From assembly GCA_008632985.1 (NCBI GenBank), contig QPGO01000198.1, positions 62,001-126,000 of the forward strand: a DNA stretch of 64,000 nucleotides. The letters run 5' to 3'. Positions 1 to 13,058 of this stretch are shown here, in pieces. The notes beneath the pieces were generated by a model. The model had not been told where the DNA came from and did no database searches. It was given only the letters and a program-made list of their open reading frames with translations. The DNA comes from Psammoneis japonica (Eukaryota). Made by a program: the position numbers and the translations under genes. Every line of letters starts with the position of its first letter. The stretch's first letter is position 1.

Positions 1-3000
1 AACAAACAGTTGGGCGCTGGTGCAACCAGAGTCGACGGCCGGGGTGTCGGCATGAACGGTGTCAGTGGCGACAGGCTCGTTGCGGCGGTGCACGTTAAGG
101 GCGGGGTTGGGTGATTTGTAGGCCTTGCGAAGGTGTGTGCCGGCGGGCATGCGGGCGTGCTGCGTGGTGCAGTCAAAAGTGCGACGGACCGCATCGGCAG
201 GTAGGAAGCCAAAGCAAGGCCGAAGAGACTCGAAGGGGGGGTCCTTGGGCTGTACAGTGCGCTCCGGAGGTGGAACGTCATCGCCCTTGGGGTCAATCGC
301 ATGCAGATGACACTCGTAGAACACGTCATCGTTCGGAATGAGGTGATCATCGAGGGCGGACGCGTGATCGGCAGACAAGGAAGCGGACAAGATGGTCTCG
401 TTGACAACGACACGGTGACGGCAGTTGCCGCATTCGTCAAATGGGTTGGCAGTGGGATCGTCCTGCAGGTCAGAGATTGCGTCGTGCCACTGGTCGTCGT
501 CAGTGACAGAGTGATCGAGGACGGAAGGGTCCCATGTGTCATCACCGGTGAGGATGACATGGGGCAGGGTGTCCCATTCGGCGTCAGTGCAAGGTCGCAT
601 GGCAACATAAGGCAGGCCAGCCTTGATGTCAATGGGGATGACATAGCCATCAGGAGTGGCAATGCGTTGCAAGCCGTTGGGCACCTTGACAGAGCGATCG
701 TTGACATCCTGTTTGTGCCATTTGAGCTGGCCACAGGAATGGATGGTCTTGCCCTTTCCCGTGCATGCATGCTGATGGAGGATGGCGATGACGGGACCAC
801 GCTGGGTCTCAATGACGGCACCAGCGGTGACAATGGGGATGTCCACCAATTGATGATCGTCAATGCCCTGAACGTCGACTTGGCGAGAGGTGCGTGCAAT
901 GACGCGAACGTCGTCGCCAGCAATGCCGCCGTTGGCCCCACGATCGACTAGAGCGCCAGTGCGTGTGGAGCGATGAGCAGAGGCAGAGCAAATGACATTG
1001 TGGTTGTTGACGCGGCGGCAAGTGCGGCCGTCAAGTTCCATGTCATCTGCAGAAGCTGGCGGGGTAGAGGAAGCGGCGGATGGCCCCGGTCGACTGGCAT
1101 TGGGGGCTTGGTTAGGGGACAACAGACGTTGCAGATCACCGGGTGGCAGTGGCTTGCGCTTGGTGAGGTGCGCCAGGATGGGATTGTCCGAAGTGGCGTC
1201 CACATGTGTGGCGGAGTCACCACAGTCAGCAGGAGTCGTGTTGGACAAGTTGACATCTCCGTCACTCCCAAGGTGTTGGTCGTGAAGGTTGGCCGTAACA
1301 GACTCATGGCAGTCACTGGCTCGCGGGTTGCGGGGAGGCGGACGACAGTGCTCAAGGATGATCGCCTTGGAGGAATCGGGCAACGAATCCCAGAGCCGTT
1401 GGTGGTCGGGAGGGAGACGTCTCCATTGGACACCGGTGAGGCTGGGACCGCGGGTGTGGGCAGCATTGGCTTGAAGGACGTCAACGTCGCTGTCAATGTC
1501 ACAGAACACATCGTCGGACGGTTCCTCGGAGCAGACGTCATGTGCGCACATGGCGCGTCGGGGAGCTCGAGGTGTCGTCTTGGGTTGAAACGTGCTGTCG
1601 TACTGAGCTGCCGCGGAGAGGAGCAAGCCACAGCATTGATCGTATGTGAGGCTCTTGCCACTCTGCGTACGATGCTGATCAGCTTGGTTCTTGACAGCAC
1701 GGAGTTCCTCGACAGGGTGCACGGCATTCTCGAGCATGACGCGCTTCTGTCCTTCAGAGAAGTGGTCACTGGCGGGGATGAGTGCCTCGCACTTGCGCAA
1801 CTGATCTTGCCAATGAAGGATGAACCCGTGGGTCGGACCTTTCCAAGTGCCATCACCAAGACGTGCGGTGGTGAGGTACGTGAGCAGGGTGGAGGACTCG
1901 ACAGATGCACGGGTGGAGGCAAGCGCGCACTCAGACAAGGAGCGGCAGACGGTCTGTGCGTCAGAAGACCCCACATTTTCGCGAATGAGAGCCTTGCCCT
2001 TGTCGGTGAGAAGGATGCGTTCGAAGACGGCGAACATGCACTTTTGCTGTTCAGCAAAGAGCAGTTTGTCTTCGGGGCTGGTCGGTTTGTACGACGAGTC
2101 TAGAGTGCACTCGACGTCTTGGGCACGGGCTTGTGCCACAAGTGAGGTGTGCCAAGTGTGCCACTGCTTGTCGGATTTGAGAGCCGTGAAAGCGGTGGGA
2201 TCACGCTTGATGCCTCGCTTGAAGTCTCGCACCGGGTCGCGTGCCTTGGTCGGGTTGGCGACATGTGGAGGTGCAAGGGGTGAGCTGCCGATGGACACAG
2301 AGGACATGCAGTCCGGGCTGAGGCGGCAGGCAAGGAACTCGTCATGCGTGAACAAAGAGGAGTCGTTGGACGCGTTCCAGGTCTAGGTGGGACCTCGTGC
2401 TGCTGAACTGTGACATCGACAGTTTTTTGAGTCTCGTCGTATGTCGCGCACGTAGATTTCTACGTGATTTTTTCGATGTTTTGTGTCATTTTACGGCACA
2501 CTTGTTGAGCGATCCGTCCAACAACTTTTGACATTTTTTGTTACAGCGCGATTCTACAATGTCTTAAGAATCGCGTAGGGCAGGCGAAGTTGCAAAAACG
2601 TCGAGTGGTGAGAGGCATAATTGCACCACAAACTTGGCCGTTTATTTGATGTTGAAGATGAGTGTGTCCATTGGTTAAATTCTCGTACTGCGGAGCTCGC
2701 ACGTAGAATTCTACGGGCCCAATGTCACAAGGAGTCCCACCCAGGGCTGGAACGCGTCATTGGCAACGTCAAGACCTTTGTGTGCTTTAACAATGTACAG
2801 GCCAACTAGTGCTGCTAACATGTTCTTGCAACCACGGGGCAAAGGGATTGCACTGGTGCCGTTGTCGCACTCAAGCGAGTCGATTTGGGGCGGTGTGAAC
2901 GTGAACAGTTCCTGATGCGAGTCCGTGCCGTCTTGGGCCAAAGCCAAACGAAGAGGACTCCCAGCACCTTGGGCAAGCACAGTTCCAACAACGTGCTCGA

Positions 3001-3034
3001 AACCATCGGTTTGTTGCTGACGAGTGAGAACCAT
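1..3034 (-). pseudogene. gag-pol polyprotein of the copia element, interrupted by a MITE and carrying Tyr->Cys/His substitutions
   Basis: ATG at 3034 (MVLTRQQQ...). Removing 2369-2758 plus one TSD copy rejoins ...GLDVAN|DSSLFTHDEFL... in frame. The frame appears to stay open to the window edge. Confidence 0.88.
2369..2758. mobile_element. Non-autonomous DNA transposon (MITE) inserted in gag
   Basis: Imperfect TIRs: GACGCGTTCCAGgtCTaGGTGGGAC on the left and, as reverse complement of the right end, GACGCGTTCCAGccCTgGGTGGGAC. 4-bp TSD GTTG (2365-2368) / ATTG (2759-2762). Excision restores the gag frame. Confidence 0.88.
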
Positions 3035-3506
3035 GGCAGACAAAAGTGGTGTCAGGACAATCAATTCTGGTTGGGAAGCGAAGGTAGACTCGAAACTTGG
3101 GTGAGAACAGACTTGACTTGAAACAGACTTGACTTGAAAATCTTGAACTATCTTAAAATCAGAAGTCGCCGGGCTTTGTTGTCCCGTTCGTTGTCAAGTG
3201 CTAAACTTCCTGTCCGGTCCGTAGAGTTGTGCCGGCACGTCCGAACCCGCAGCCAGCGGCGCTTTGGGTTGCTTGCGAGCGGAGCAGCGGGTTGTAAACC
3301 CCTGCAGGTGAGCTGACTGGAGGTGGACAAGACCCCCGAACCGTTCTCATTTTGTGTCGGTTGGATTTCCCGATCAGGCTGGCCAGTTGACGCAGGCATT
3401 GGGCGCTGTGGACGAACGAACAAACGCGGGAAAGCACCCTCGCCCCAACGCAGGCTGCAATCACGGCTGCTTGCTCTCACAGTCGTCCTCGTGGACCTGG
3501 CAGAAC

Positions 3507-4148
3507 TGTAGAGCACCAGCAGTCCGGGGCAGATCAAGTGCAATGGACTCGGTGTGCTTGTAGAGTGGCAGCAAAACCGCAGTCCGAAGAGTGGGCACAG
3601 GTTCTTGGCCGTGAAGACATGCACACATGTGTGTGTCTTCAGCGACTAAGATCCTTGAATGTGTGGGGTTCTTGACCGTCAACCGAGGAACAGGTGTGTC
3701 AAGGGATGTTGATCAAGGATGGACTTGGATGTGACCGTTGAATGCATGTCTTCAGCGATCAAAGGTGGCACAATCAATCCAGATGTCCAGCGGTGAGGAG
3801 ACTTGACGGTGACGTTAACTTCCTGCCGATGCCCTGGTGTTGAATGCGCGTAGACTTGCCGATGTATGTAGAACACACACGGAGGTCCACGTAGAATTGA
3901 AATAGCGTCGTTGGTAAATCAACGACGACGATGGCGGTTGCTCAATGGGTTGACAATGAGCAAGACTGTCAATCTGACAGAAATTGAAGGCAAATGGCAA
4001 GAATTCAAACAATGACTCCTTGCTGCTGTCTAAATGGCAGATGAGTCTCCGCTCAGAGACCGTCACAGGAGCCGAAAGACGTGTAAGTCGGTATAATCGG
4101 GCTACTGTTATTATTCTTGTGAGCCTTGTGGCTCGAAAGCAAACTACA
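3507..4148 (-). repeat. Putative 5' LTR of the copia element
   Basis: Bounded by TGTAG...CTACA inverted termini and located upstream of the gag 5' UTR, which has CAAGTC repeats at 3105-3135. The second LTR is outside the window and no canonical PBS was recognised. Confidence 0.6.
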
Positions 4149-4940
4149 TCGCGCGTGAACGCGCGGAACTAAAGCACACAAAACTGTGCGCGGTAAACTA
4201 AACAGCGCGCGATGCTTCGCGCGCATCCAAATCCTGTTCAAATCCTGTCATCTGCCTTTCGAGAATTTGCAGAGATTTTTGTCATCAATTGTCCTCATTG
4301 ATGCATTTTTTTACATTGTCCATTTCCAATTCGCGAGAACACCTGCACACACAAAATGCGAGTTACAAGGCAAAACAGCAATGAATGAGAGCTTGTGGGC
4401 CCACATGCTTCGAATCGATGCGAGTGTGCACTGTGGACTTGCCACGCTGCTGCCGTTGCAAGAGATGAGATGGCTGAGTGATTGACTTGCTGCACACAGC
4501 TGTGCATGCACTGCCATGCATTCTTCCCACTCTCATTCCAATGCACACCAGTGCAGCATTTGTCAATGGCAGGAAAGTGGCCATGACACTGGGAAAAATC
4601 ACTGTGAACATGCAGGTGCACAGGCACCACCCAGTGCACTGCCCATGTGGTGGGCATGTCATGCATCTCCATCTTCATCTTCAATGCTGTCAAGAAATTG
4701 TGGTCCAAAATGCAATGGCCGAGGCAGGAGTTGCCTGCTTGGCCTTGTGGCCATTCACCACATTGATGCTGTGCCTTGCTTTGGCGGATGTCAGCAAATC
4801 CGTTTGCGAACAAACCCATGAAGAAATTCAAAGACCTTGCCAGCAACAAGCACGCAACAATGGGATTGGCCTCAATCCCCAAATCCAGTGCACACTCATG
4901 TGCATCATTCCATTGAAGAAATCCTGGAATCGACCCACCA

Positions 4941-5470
4941 CAGCACAATCCAAATCACACCCACATGTGGGCACATTGTCAGTCAAGTTGCAGTTGGCTC
5001 CATGCTTGGTCAGATGAATCACAGTCATGGCAAAGAGAATCCACAAGGTCCTGGCCACAAAACAAGCAACAGTCAAACAGCTTCACATGAAGCACATTGC
5101 AATGGACAACATGAAGCATTCATCAACCCATGAATTGGAAATTGTGACTTCCAAAAGAAAGGGAAAAACAACCAACAAGTGCTCAAAGGCAATCACAACA
5201 ATGACAAACCACTTGACCACATGAAAGCCTTGTTTGTGACCCCACACCATCTGCCAGACATGCACGGCAATGGGGGTTGTTGTTTGTGCCAATCCCATCT
5301 GCATCTCCATGACAATCCAGAGCCGATCCACAAAAATCAATGTCAACCAATCTTTGTTCCACCAAACAATGCACTGAATCTGTGGTGATTGTGTGTCAAA
5401 CTTGACCACATCTCCACAATGATCCATGGCTGCTGCAGAACAAACCTCTTTGTTCCACCAAAACAAAGCA
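4941..5470 (+). repeat. Dispersed repeat, copy 1 (copy 2 is split between 7373-7778 and 9584-9745)
   Basis: GCACAATCCAAATCACACCCACATG...GCATCTCCA matches 7373-7775. GAGCCGATCCACAAAAATCAATGTC...AACCTCTTTGTTC matches 9590-9730. Confidence 0.9.
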
Positions 5471-7372
5471 GCAAAGGCAAAAATCACTCTGCAAAATTTC
5501 TGCAGATGTGACAAACAGAAATTGCCGTGCCAATCTTTCGAAAATTGTTGTCGCTTTTCCATTGTTGTCGATCCTTTTCAAGAAGCACAATGTGCTGCAT
5601 CTCAGCACGACATTGCTGCATCTCATTGCAACTTTGCGACTCTCAATCTCAGTGTTGTGGCTCTGCTCTTTGTCAAAATGGGCATGGGTGCAAAGGAGCA
5701 CCCTCGCCATCTTCCCAAAAGTTGAACATGTTTCAACAGAACACGCCAACTTGCTGGAATGGGTTTGCGAATCATGCCCACAACAGGAAGAAGCAATGTT
5801 TAGATGCACATGTTGTCTGTTCAATGAGAGTGAAGAAATGCGAAAGAACGTGCCAACTCGAGTGGGGACACAAATGTGTCCACAGTGCGTGAGGGGACCG
5901 AGCCACAAGAAGGGTCACGATTCCACGTGCCACAGGAATCCGAATGTTTCCAATTGCCATCCACCAGATGAACTGACTGTTTGGGTTCTGAAAGAAGTGA
6001 AGCCCAATTTCCTTCTGGCACTGCCAAATGAGTGCAAAAACAATTTGTTCAGGAGGGGTCTGTTGGAGAATGCATTTCTTGCTGCTCAAGACGGCGGCGG
6101 ACTGCTGGGTTGCTCGGTTCTAGACGGCTTGTGGGAAAGCATCCCCGCTGTGGATCCATTGCATTGCTTGGCTTCCACACCAAATGATGGTTTGCAAACA
6201 CCGCCTTTGCTGGACCCAAATCTCTCACTCGTCAGCCCAACCAATGCGAAGGCGCACGCTTGACCGACAATGTTGGAGTTGCTGATCCGCTGGATTTTGA
6301 ACATTTTGGTCCAGACTTTGAGTCAACAGTGGAAGACATTTTGTGTGAAAAAACTCTGAAGCAAGGAACAACTCTCCACGAACTCCCATCATTGCCCTTC
6401 CACCCAACAACAGCTGCAACATCGATTCCATGCTCGGCTCTCGCGTGTCAACCGGTCTCCATTGGAGCACCAGAATTTGCCCCCCCTGCTTCTCTGACAC
6501 CAATGTCCACTGCTTGTCAACCCAAGAGACAAAAAAACAAGAGAGCAAGAGTGCTGCTGTGAGGGAAGAAAACATCGCGTGGAAAATGGTCTCTGTGGGC
6601 ACGTCGCTCACACGTTGTGGTGCACGAGAGAAAAGCAGGGTTTTCTTGTTTTGCACCAGATCTTGTTGTTCTTGCTGGCATGTGTGTGTTGGCATGAATT
6701 CACCACACTGCCACAGCATGCCATTTGTTTCATAACAAGCCATTTGGAATTGGCAACCAATGGTGCTGCAAATGTGCCACATGCTCTCGTAGCATGCATG
6801 GATTTCACCCATCCGAAACATCAAACACAACAACAACAGCGCCAGCGACGAGCAAGCGAGAGTGACGCAAAAGCAAAAGCAAAGCACGCACACCAAGATC
6901 CCACAATGTGGAGATGTTGAGTGGCCAAATGTTGCTGAGGTGGAATGATCAGAAAGTTGAAGTTTTTGTCAAGTGTTGATGCATCACAATGGGGGATTGC
7001 TGAGTCACAATTCACTCAAGACATGATGTGATTGGCTGAAAATGCAGCGTGCAAGAATGGGACAACCTGGCTCCCAACTGGGAGGTTTGCAGCAGCAGTG
7101 CTCTGTGGAAGAGGGAAAGAGAAGACTTCCCACGACCGGGTCACAACACACCGTGCAATTTTTTGGTTCCTGGCACAAAAACAAGAAATTCCACGCAGAA
7201 TTTGTGTGGCCACCATGGCAAATTTGTGTCGAGTCCACCGTCATTGTCACTGTTCTTCACAAGGTGAGTCACTTGGGATGTTGTCGGCATTTGTCCACTT
7301 TGAGCTTGTGTGAATTATGTTCAAAAAGGATTGTCGATTTGTGCATCACCTGGGGCTGGAACAAGTCTGCCT

Positions 7373-9745
7373 TGGCACAATCCAAATCACACCCACATGC
7401 GGGCACATTGTCAATCAAGTTGCAGTTGGCTCCATGCTTGGTCAGATGAATGATGGTGGCAAAGAGAATCCACAAGGTCCCAGCCACAAAACAAGCAACA
7501 GTCAAACAGTTTTGCATGAAGCACACTGAAATGGACAGATTGTCAAGCTTGACAACACAAAGCATTCAATGATGCTCATCGTGTTGATCGACCCATGAGT
7601 TGGAAATTGTGGCTTCCAAACAAAAGGGAAAAACAACCAACAAGTGCTCAAAGGCAATCACAACAATGGCAAACCACTTGATCACATGAAAGTCTTGTTC
7701 ATGACTCCACACCATCTGACAGACACACGCGGCAATGGGGGTTGTCATTCATGCCAGCCCCACCCGCATCTCCACAATTGGATGCTTTGCTGGACGGCTG
7801 TGTCTTGTCATCTGTGTGAACATGGAGTTGAAATGGAAATTCTTGTGGAGAAGGACACCCACAACATTCTTGGGCTTTGCCACTTGTCTGCACACAAAGA
7901 CTTTGAGCCAATGACACGTCACCAACAATTGGGTTGTTTCGTTGAACTTCAGAGGAAACTGCCAATTTGAGGACAATCCAGTGTGGAGTGAGAGATTTTT
8001 TCTCACTTTTGAACAACAACTTGAGGGCCAGCTCTGCAGATGATTTGAAGGAAATTGACAACAAGAAGTGCGTGATTGCATCTGGGCCTGGTGGTGGCGA
8101 TGCTGGACCAAAGGAAAGCAACCCATGCTGTTGCCACCAATCTTGACAGGAAGGCTGTCAATGGTGGCACTTTCAAGAAGGTGCTGGAGGGAACACAGCC
8201 AAAGCCTCTTGCACATCCATCCACAACCCTCGCCATTCTTGTGGTCCATGCCAGCAACCTCAAGTGGAAAAAACGGAGCATGAGCCATGAGCACACGCAA
8301 GTTTTCCAGATGATCTGTCAAAGAACATTTTGTTTGCAGCTTGTCAAGATGCTCAAGGCATGTGGACCCACTTCTCAAGCTTGCATTGCCACACATGGCC
8401 ACACCCTCTGTGGCACCAATGAGCCTCAGCAAGGAAGTGGACAAAAAAAGGGAGGCCAGCCAGCAGCCAGCTGGCCGCTGTCAGCTTTTTTGATGGAGTT
8501 GGGCAAAAAAGGTGCTTCTTTGGAAGATTTGGAATTGTTGTGAGGATTGACAGTTGTTGGGTGAGGCCAGCCTCCTGTGTTTTGCAAGTTGAGCCCGCTG
8601 TCCAGAGGCATGAGAAAAAGGCAGGGGGGTCTGCCATTTTGCATGGCCCAACAAGGGAGAGAGACATGATGTGTTGTCAAATTTTGTGCCCCTTCTTTGG
8701 GGGCATGTTGACAATCAAACTCCAAAAATCAGCCAGGGCATGCAGACAACCCAGTTCCCAGTTTTGTACAACAATGCAACAACTGCACACAAGCTCTGGG
8801 TGGGACAATTGAGAGCCTGGTTGTCAACAAACTTTGACTGCAGAGAGACAATTGCTGGGTTTGTGTGGTTCTGTCCAGAGTGACAACAAGAAAGGAACTT
8901 TGTCTTTGGGAAGAAGCTTGATGGCAGGAACATGAAGGGCATGTCATTGGCATTGAATGATTTCCTTGGTTGTTTCAGGCTCACAAAAAGAGGGCTTTAA
9001 GAAGGCTCTCAGGCTCCTGCACTGAAAATTGCCATGCAAGGCACATTGCAGCCAAATGTTGAAATCATTGGACACTGATTTTTAAAATGATGTGGCAACA
9101 ATCATGGCTTGCATCATGTGGTTGTCCTTTTTAGGCACAGAAACAAGGGGGGTGAGTTGTTTGCGCCGATTCCTGGTCTGAAAGCAATCGTTCGCCACAA
9201 AGCACAAAATCCAAAAATCCATCTTTTAACCATCTCACAATGGAGAAGAAGTGGCATCTTGTTCAAAGACAAAGGTGAGCAATTGAAAAACAAAAGCAAT
9301 CGGCATTTGAAACATTCATGACTGATGACCTCAAAATGGAAAAAAACAGCCAATCGATTGGCCAGGAGTCAATGGCATCCCAACCCAAAAATGACTCAGG
9401 CAATTCAAAATTTGATGCATTGCACATCAACTCACGCAGTTGTTTTCATGAAGTTCCGAAGCCTTTGAAAGTCATTGGATTCTGTTTCGTGTGCAAAGAC
9501 CACATGCAACAAACCCCAACTTTGTCTTGCCCGTCTGTCTCCGGTCCAGCTGGGGTCAGGGCAGGGGGGGGAGACACAGATGGACAATCAGGAGCCGATC
9601 CACAAAAATCAATGTCGAGCGATCTTTGTTCCACCAAACAGTGCACTGAACCTGTGGTGATTGTGTGTCAAACTTGACTGCATGTCCACAATGATCCATG
9701 GCCACTCTGCAGAATGAACCTCTTTGTTCTGCCAAAACAAAACAG
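7373..9745 (+). repeat. Dispersed repeat, copy 2, interrupted by a ~1.8 kb insertion (about 7779-9583)
   Basis: Homology to 4941-5470 stops at about 7775 and resumes at about 9584. ACAAT is present at both junctions. Confidence 0.75.
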
Positions 9746-10701
9746 CAGCCAGTGTGATTCAAGCTGCGGCCAAGGCAAAAAATTGCTCCTCCCCAGTTGA
9801 TTTGCCCAACAAAACCCAAGAGTGCCAATGTCTTGCTGATGATCAATCGGACACAAGTCAGGACATCAAACAATGACTCTGGGAAGAAATTTCCCAAAGA
9901 GATGGTGAACTGCCGGTCAAGGATGTCAAGAAAGCTCCAGGAGACCGTGAAGCTGTCATGGCTGCAACTGATGCCATGCAGGAGGAGTGGCAACTTGTGG
10001 TCAGTGATGGTGTGGTTTGTCAACTCGAGTGACATGTGCTGTGCACTTCTGCATTTTCAAGGTCTCTGTTGCTGTGGGGTCGCATGACAGTTGGCTGAAG
10101 TGAACATCATGTTGCGCATTGTTCGCAAGGAAGTCCTTTCACCAAACTGGGAGTGTTTGGCACTGCAGTTTGTGCGGCATGACAGTTGGGGATGCCAATG
10201 TCAGCTTCAACGTTGTGGCTGCTGTGCGCTTTGTTCTTCTCTTTGCTGCTCCAAAATTGCAGCAACATGTTGCGGTGGGCCAGAATTGCGTGTTTGTGCA
10301 TTCCAGCAAAAAATCCTGGCCACCTCCTAAAACCTCAATCGACCCCTTTCTAGAGCTTTTTGCTTCCTCCCTGACCCACAGCAATGGCAAACTGTGCTTC
10401 ATCTTCACCATCCTCAACTGTGATCCTTCTCTTTCTGCATTCCCCGCTGACGTCATCGTCATCAGGCACATTTCTGTCTGTTCCCTGCACAGTGCGTTTG
10501 ATGTTTTCCTGTCAACAGATGCCATGGTGGAAGTTGGGCAAGCTGCATGATCAGCCTTGACTGCCATGTCAGGAGAGTCATTGTGAGTGTCACAACGACT
10601 GGCCATGTTGGTGCTGGGCTGCTGCTTGGAGAAAGGTTTTGTGTCATGTGCCTGGCACAATTGACAACACGTCTTGCTTGACACCCGCGAAATCAACTCC
10701 T

Positions 10702-13058
10702 TCACCGGTTGGCACAGGGCTCATGTGCCAGCTTTCTCTTTCTGCTGACATTCACAGCAAATGTGCCAACAGTGACGATGACAATCAGCAACAAAGTTTT
10801 GTTTTTGGCTTTGAAAGCCTCGCCTCCTGTCACTTTCAAGAAGGCAGGCTCCTTGTTGTTCTCCCAGCAGACAACACTCACACCATCTTTGTTGTGAGGA
10901 GGCCCAAAGCACTCTTCACTGATCTTTGCCACAGACTGCCTCAACAGATGTTTTCTTTAAGAAAGGACACAAACACCATGCTGCATTTGACCCTGTGATT
11001 GATGCGCTTGAAGACATCCTTCAGAAGTGAGGCATCAACACCACTCCTGCAGTTCTTGCACTCAACAACCAAGAATGGACTGTTGGTGGTTGTGGGGCTG
11101 TGTTTGTTGCACATCCTGCTGTTGACCATTTTGTTGTCTGCATGCCGGTCAAGGAAGCCAATGGACACGTTGGGCAGGTCGGCAAGCTCTGTTGGAAGGC
11201 CAGAATTTGAGCCACCGAGCGCAGGCACGTCAGGCCAAATGAACTTGAGCTCATTGAAGAATGAAGGAGCAGTGGGTGCTTTCTCAAAGAATTCTTCCAA
11301 TGGGAAGGCGCGAACCAAAGGCAGGAACTCCTTCAGTGACATGCCACCCAAACAAAGGGAATCATTTTTTTGTAGACCTTCATCAATGCCAAGGTCAAGG
11401 CCACATGAGCTGGAGCCTCCAGCAAGTTCCCATCACTCTTGGTTGCATGCTCGATTTCTGTGAATGGCTTGCTGTTGAAGAGATCTTGGCATCTCATGCA
11501 TGCTCCCCTCACGGTCAACGGTTTGCACGGCTTCTTGAGTCCATCGATCAGTGGGAAAAGGGGTTTGGCGTTTTCTTCCAGCATTGCCTTGGTCCATGTC
11601 ACCAGAGCCAGGCAAAGCAACGGCTCCGTCCTTGCACAAACGGGTGCTGCCTCGAGCTGCTTCCCACAGTTTGAAGCCTTGACACACTTGTGGCTTGCTC
11701 TCCCATCATCACCGCCCTGCACAAGCCAGCCAAAATGATGACCAACAAGCTTGTGAGCAGAAGCAAACCAATCTCCTTTGATTTCGACGTCCATTTCAAA
11801 CAGTTGCGCCAGTTGCAAATCTGAGCTTTCCGTCCAAGCATGGCTCTTGCACTGCTGCAACGCACATCAGATGACACCCACACATTCCAGCAGGCTGCCA
11901 TCTCCCTTGATGATTTTTGCCTTGGCCTTTGCCAGAGTCCAGGGTCGCTCCGCATCCCTCCAAAACAATGGTGGTCTGTCCAGCCCTGGAAATGGTGAGC
12001 ATTTTGGAAGCGCAGACATGATCCAAGTCCACACATCAATTGACTTCCGGGATGCTGCTCCAATGCAGTCTTGTGCTCCTGTGTGGGTGCTCATCAAGAT
12101 TGGAGCAATTCCAAGGCATTGAAGGGTGTCCCTCAAACAAAGAGCACACTTGAAGCGGCCATTGTTGCCCATGGGTGGGACTTCGTTGAGAAAAACCAGG
12201 AACTTCTTGCCTTGTGTGGCAGCTTTGAGATCTCTGAGCTTCAACACACTTCACGTCATCCCATCGAAAAGGCTTCCCAGTGAGCAGGTGATGGAGCAAG
12301 CGGACACAGGCAGAATGGCCCTTGTCCTGCTTTTTGGCCCATTGGGTGATCCCGTTTGCTGATGGGGTCATTGCTTTGCGGCCAATCATTTCAATGAACT
12401 TGGCAATTGTTTCCATCAATGGCTTCGAATCGTGAGGATGGCAGAAGCTTTGATCGCTGTCCTGGCCCATGTTCAAGCAGATTGTTTTCGCCCCTTCGAA
12501 GGTGAGACTTTCAGTCGCCGCCAACTGAGTTTTCCCAGTTCCTGACGAGGCAATGATGCAGATGCAGCAGTTCGGCCATTCAACATCAACTTCCTCTTGC
12601 ATTTCTGGAAACTCAGCTTCAATTTCCGCTTCCTCTGGTGCAACCTCTTGTTGGCCCAAGAGAAAATTAAGAAGATCTTGGGTGCCTTCAGATCCACCGC
12701 TCTCAATTGCCCCTTGAATGCAGTCATCCAGGCCATGCCATTTCAGTGGCGACTGGGGAAGGAGGGCATTGCAGCAGCAGCCAGATTTTTCTAGCCCATC
12801 GAGCAACTCAAAGTTGTTCAATTCAGCCTCAACACCCAGTGCCAATGCAAAACAATCCTCCTTCATGGCCTTGCTCAATGTTCGGTGCAAATGATCTTCC
12901 TCTTCCATCAGTCTTTCCAAAGCCATCAGAGGCACCGCCCTTGGTGCCTCTTTCACGGCAAGGATTGTTTCTTCGTTGTTGAACTGGAGAGATGACCCCA
13001 CCCAAGACACCATGGCACTGCGACGCTGCCGCCGCTGCCGCTGCTCTTTGTCACTCAT
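10702..13058 (-). pseudogene. Crinkler-like P-loop NTPase + restriction-endonuclease-fold pseudogene
   Basis: Walker A IIASSGTGKT, Walker B-like FLVFLNEVP, ILMSTHTGA and C-terminal FLVVECKN. Several frameshifts, and Tyr is essentially absent. Confidence 0.65.

Larger units (their letters stand above)
1..4148 (-). mobile_element. Ty1/copia LTR retrotransposon (diatom CoDi type), 5' part; runs off the left edge of the window
   Basis: Minus-strand frame 2382->1 reads as Gag (DFKRGIKRDPTAF...ARAQDV...RLGDGTWKG...FILHWQDQ), aspartic protease (ALVDRGANGGIAGDDVRV near 900-955), LPHVILTGDDTWDPSVLD and the integrase start (LNVHRRNEPVATDTVHADTPAVDSG). This is copia domain order. A putative LTR lies at 3507-4148. 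Confidence 0.92.

Noticed and set aside
301..2103. Long plus-strand ORFs (301-951, 973-2103) and minus ORF 948-2057
   Set aside because: These are shadows of the real gag-pol frame, kept open by TA scarcity.
1..3034. ADAR-type RNA editing or reverse-transcriptase error as the cause of the A>G changes
   Set aside because: Changes occur on both strands and also in DNA transposons and non-retro genes.
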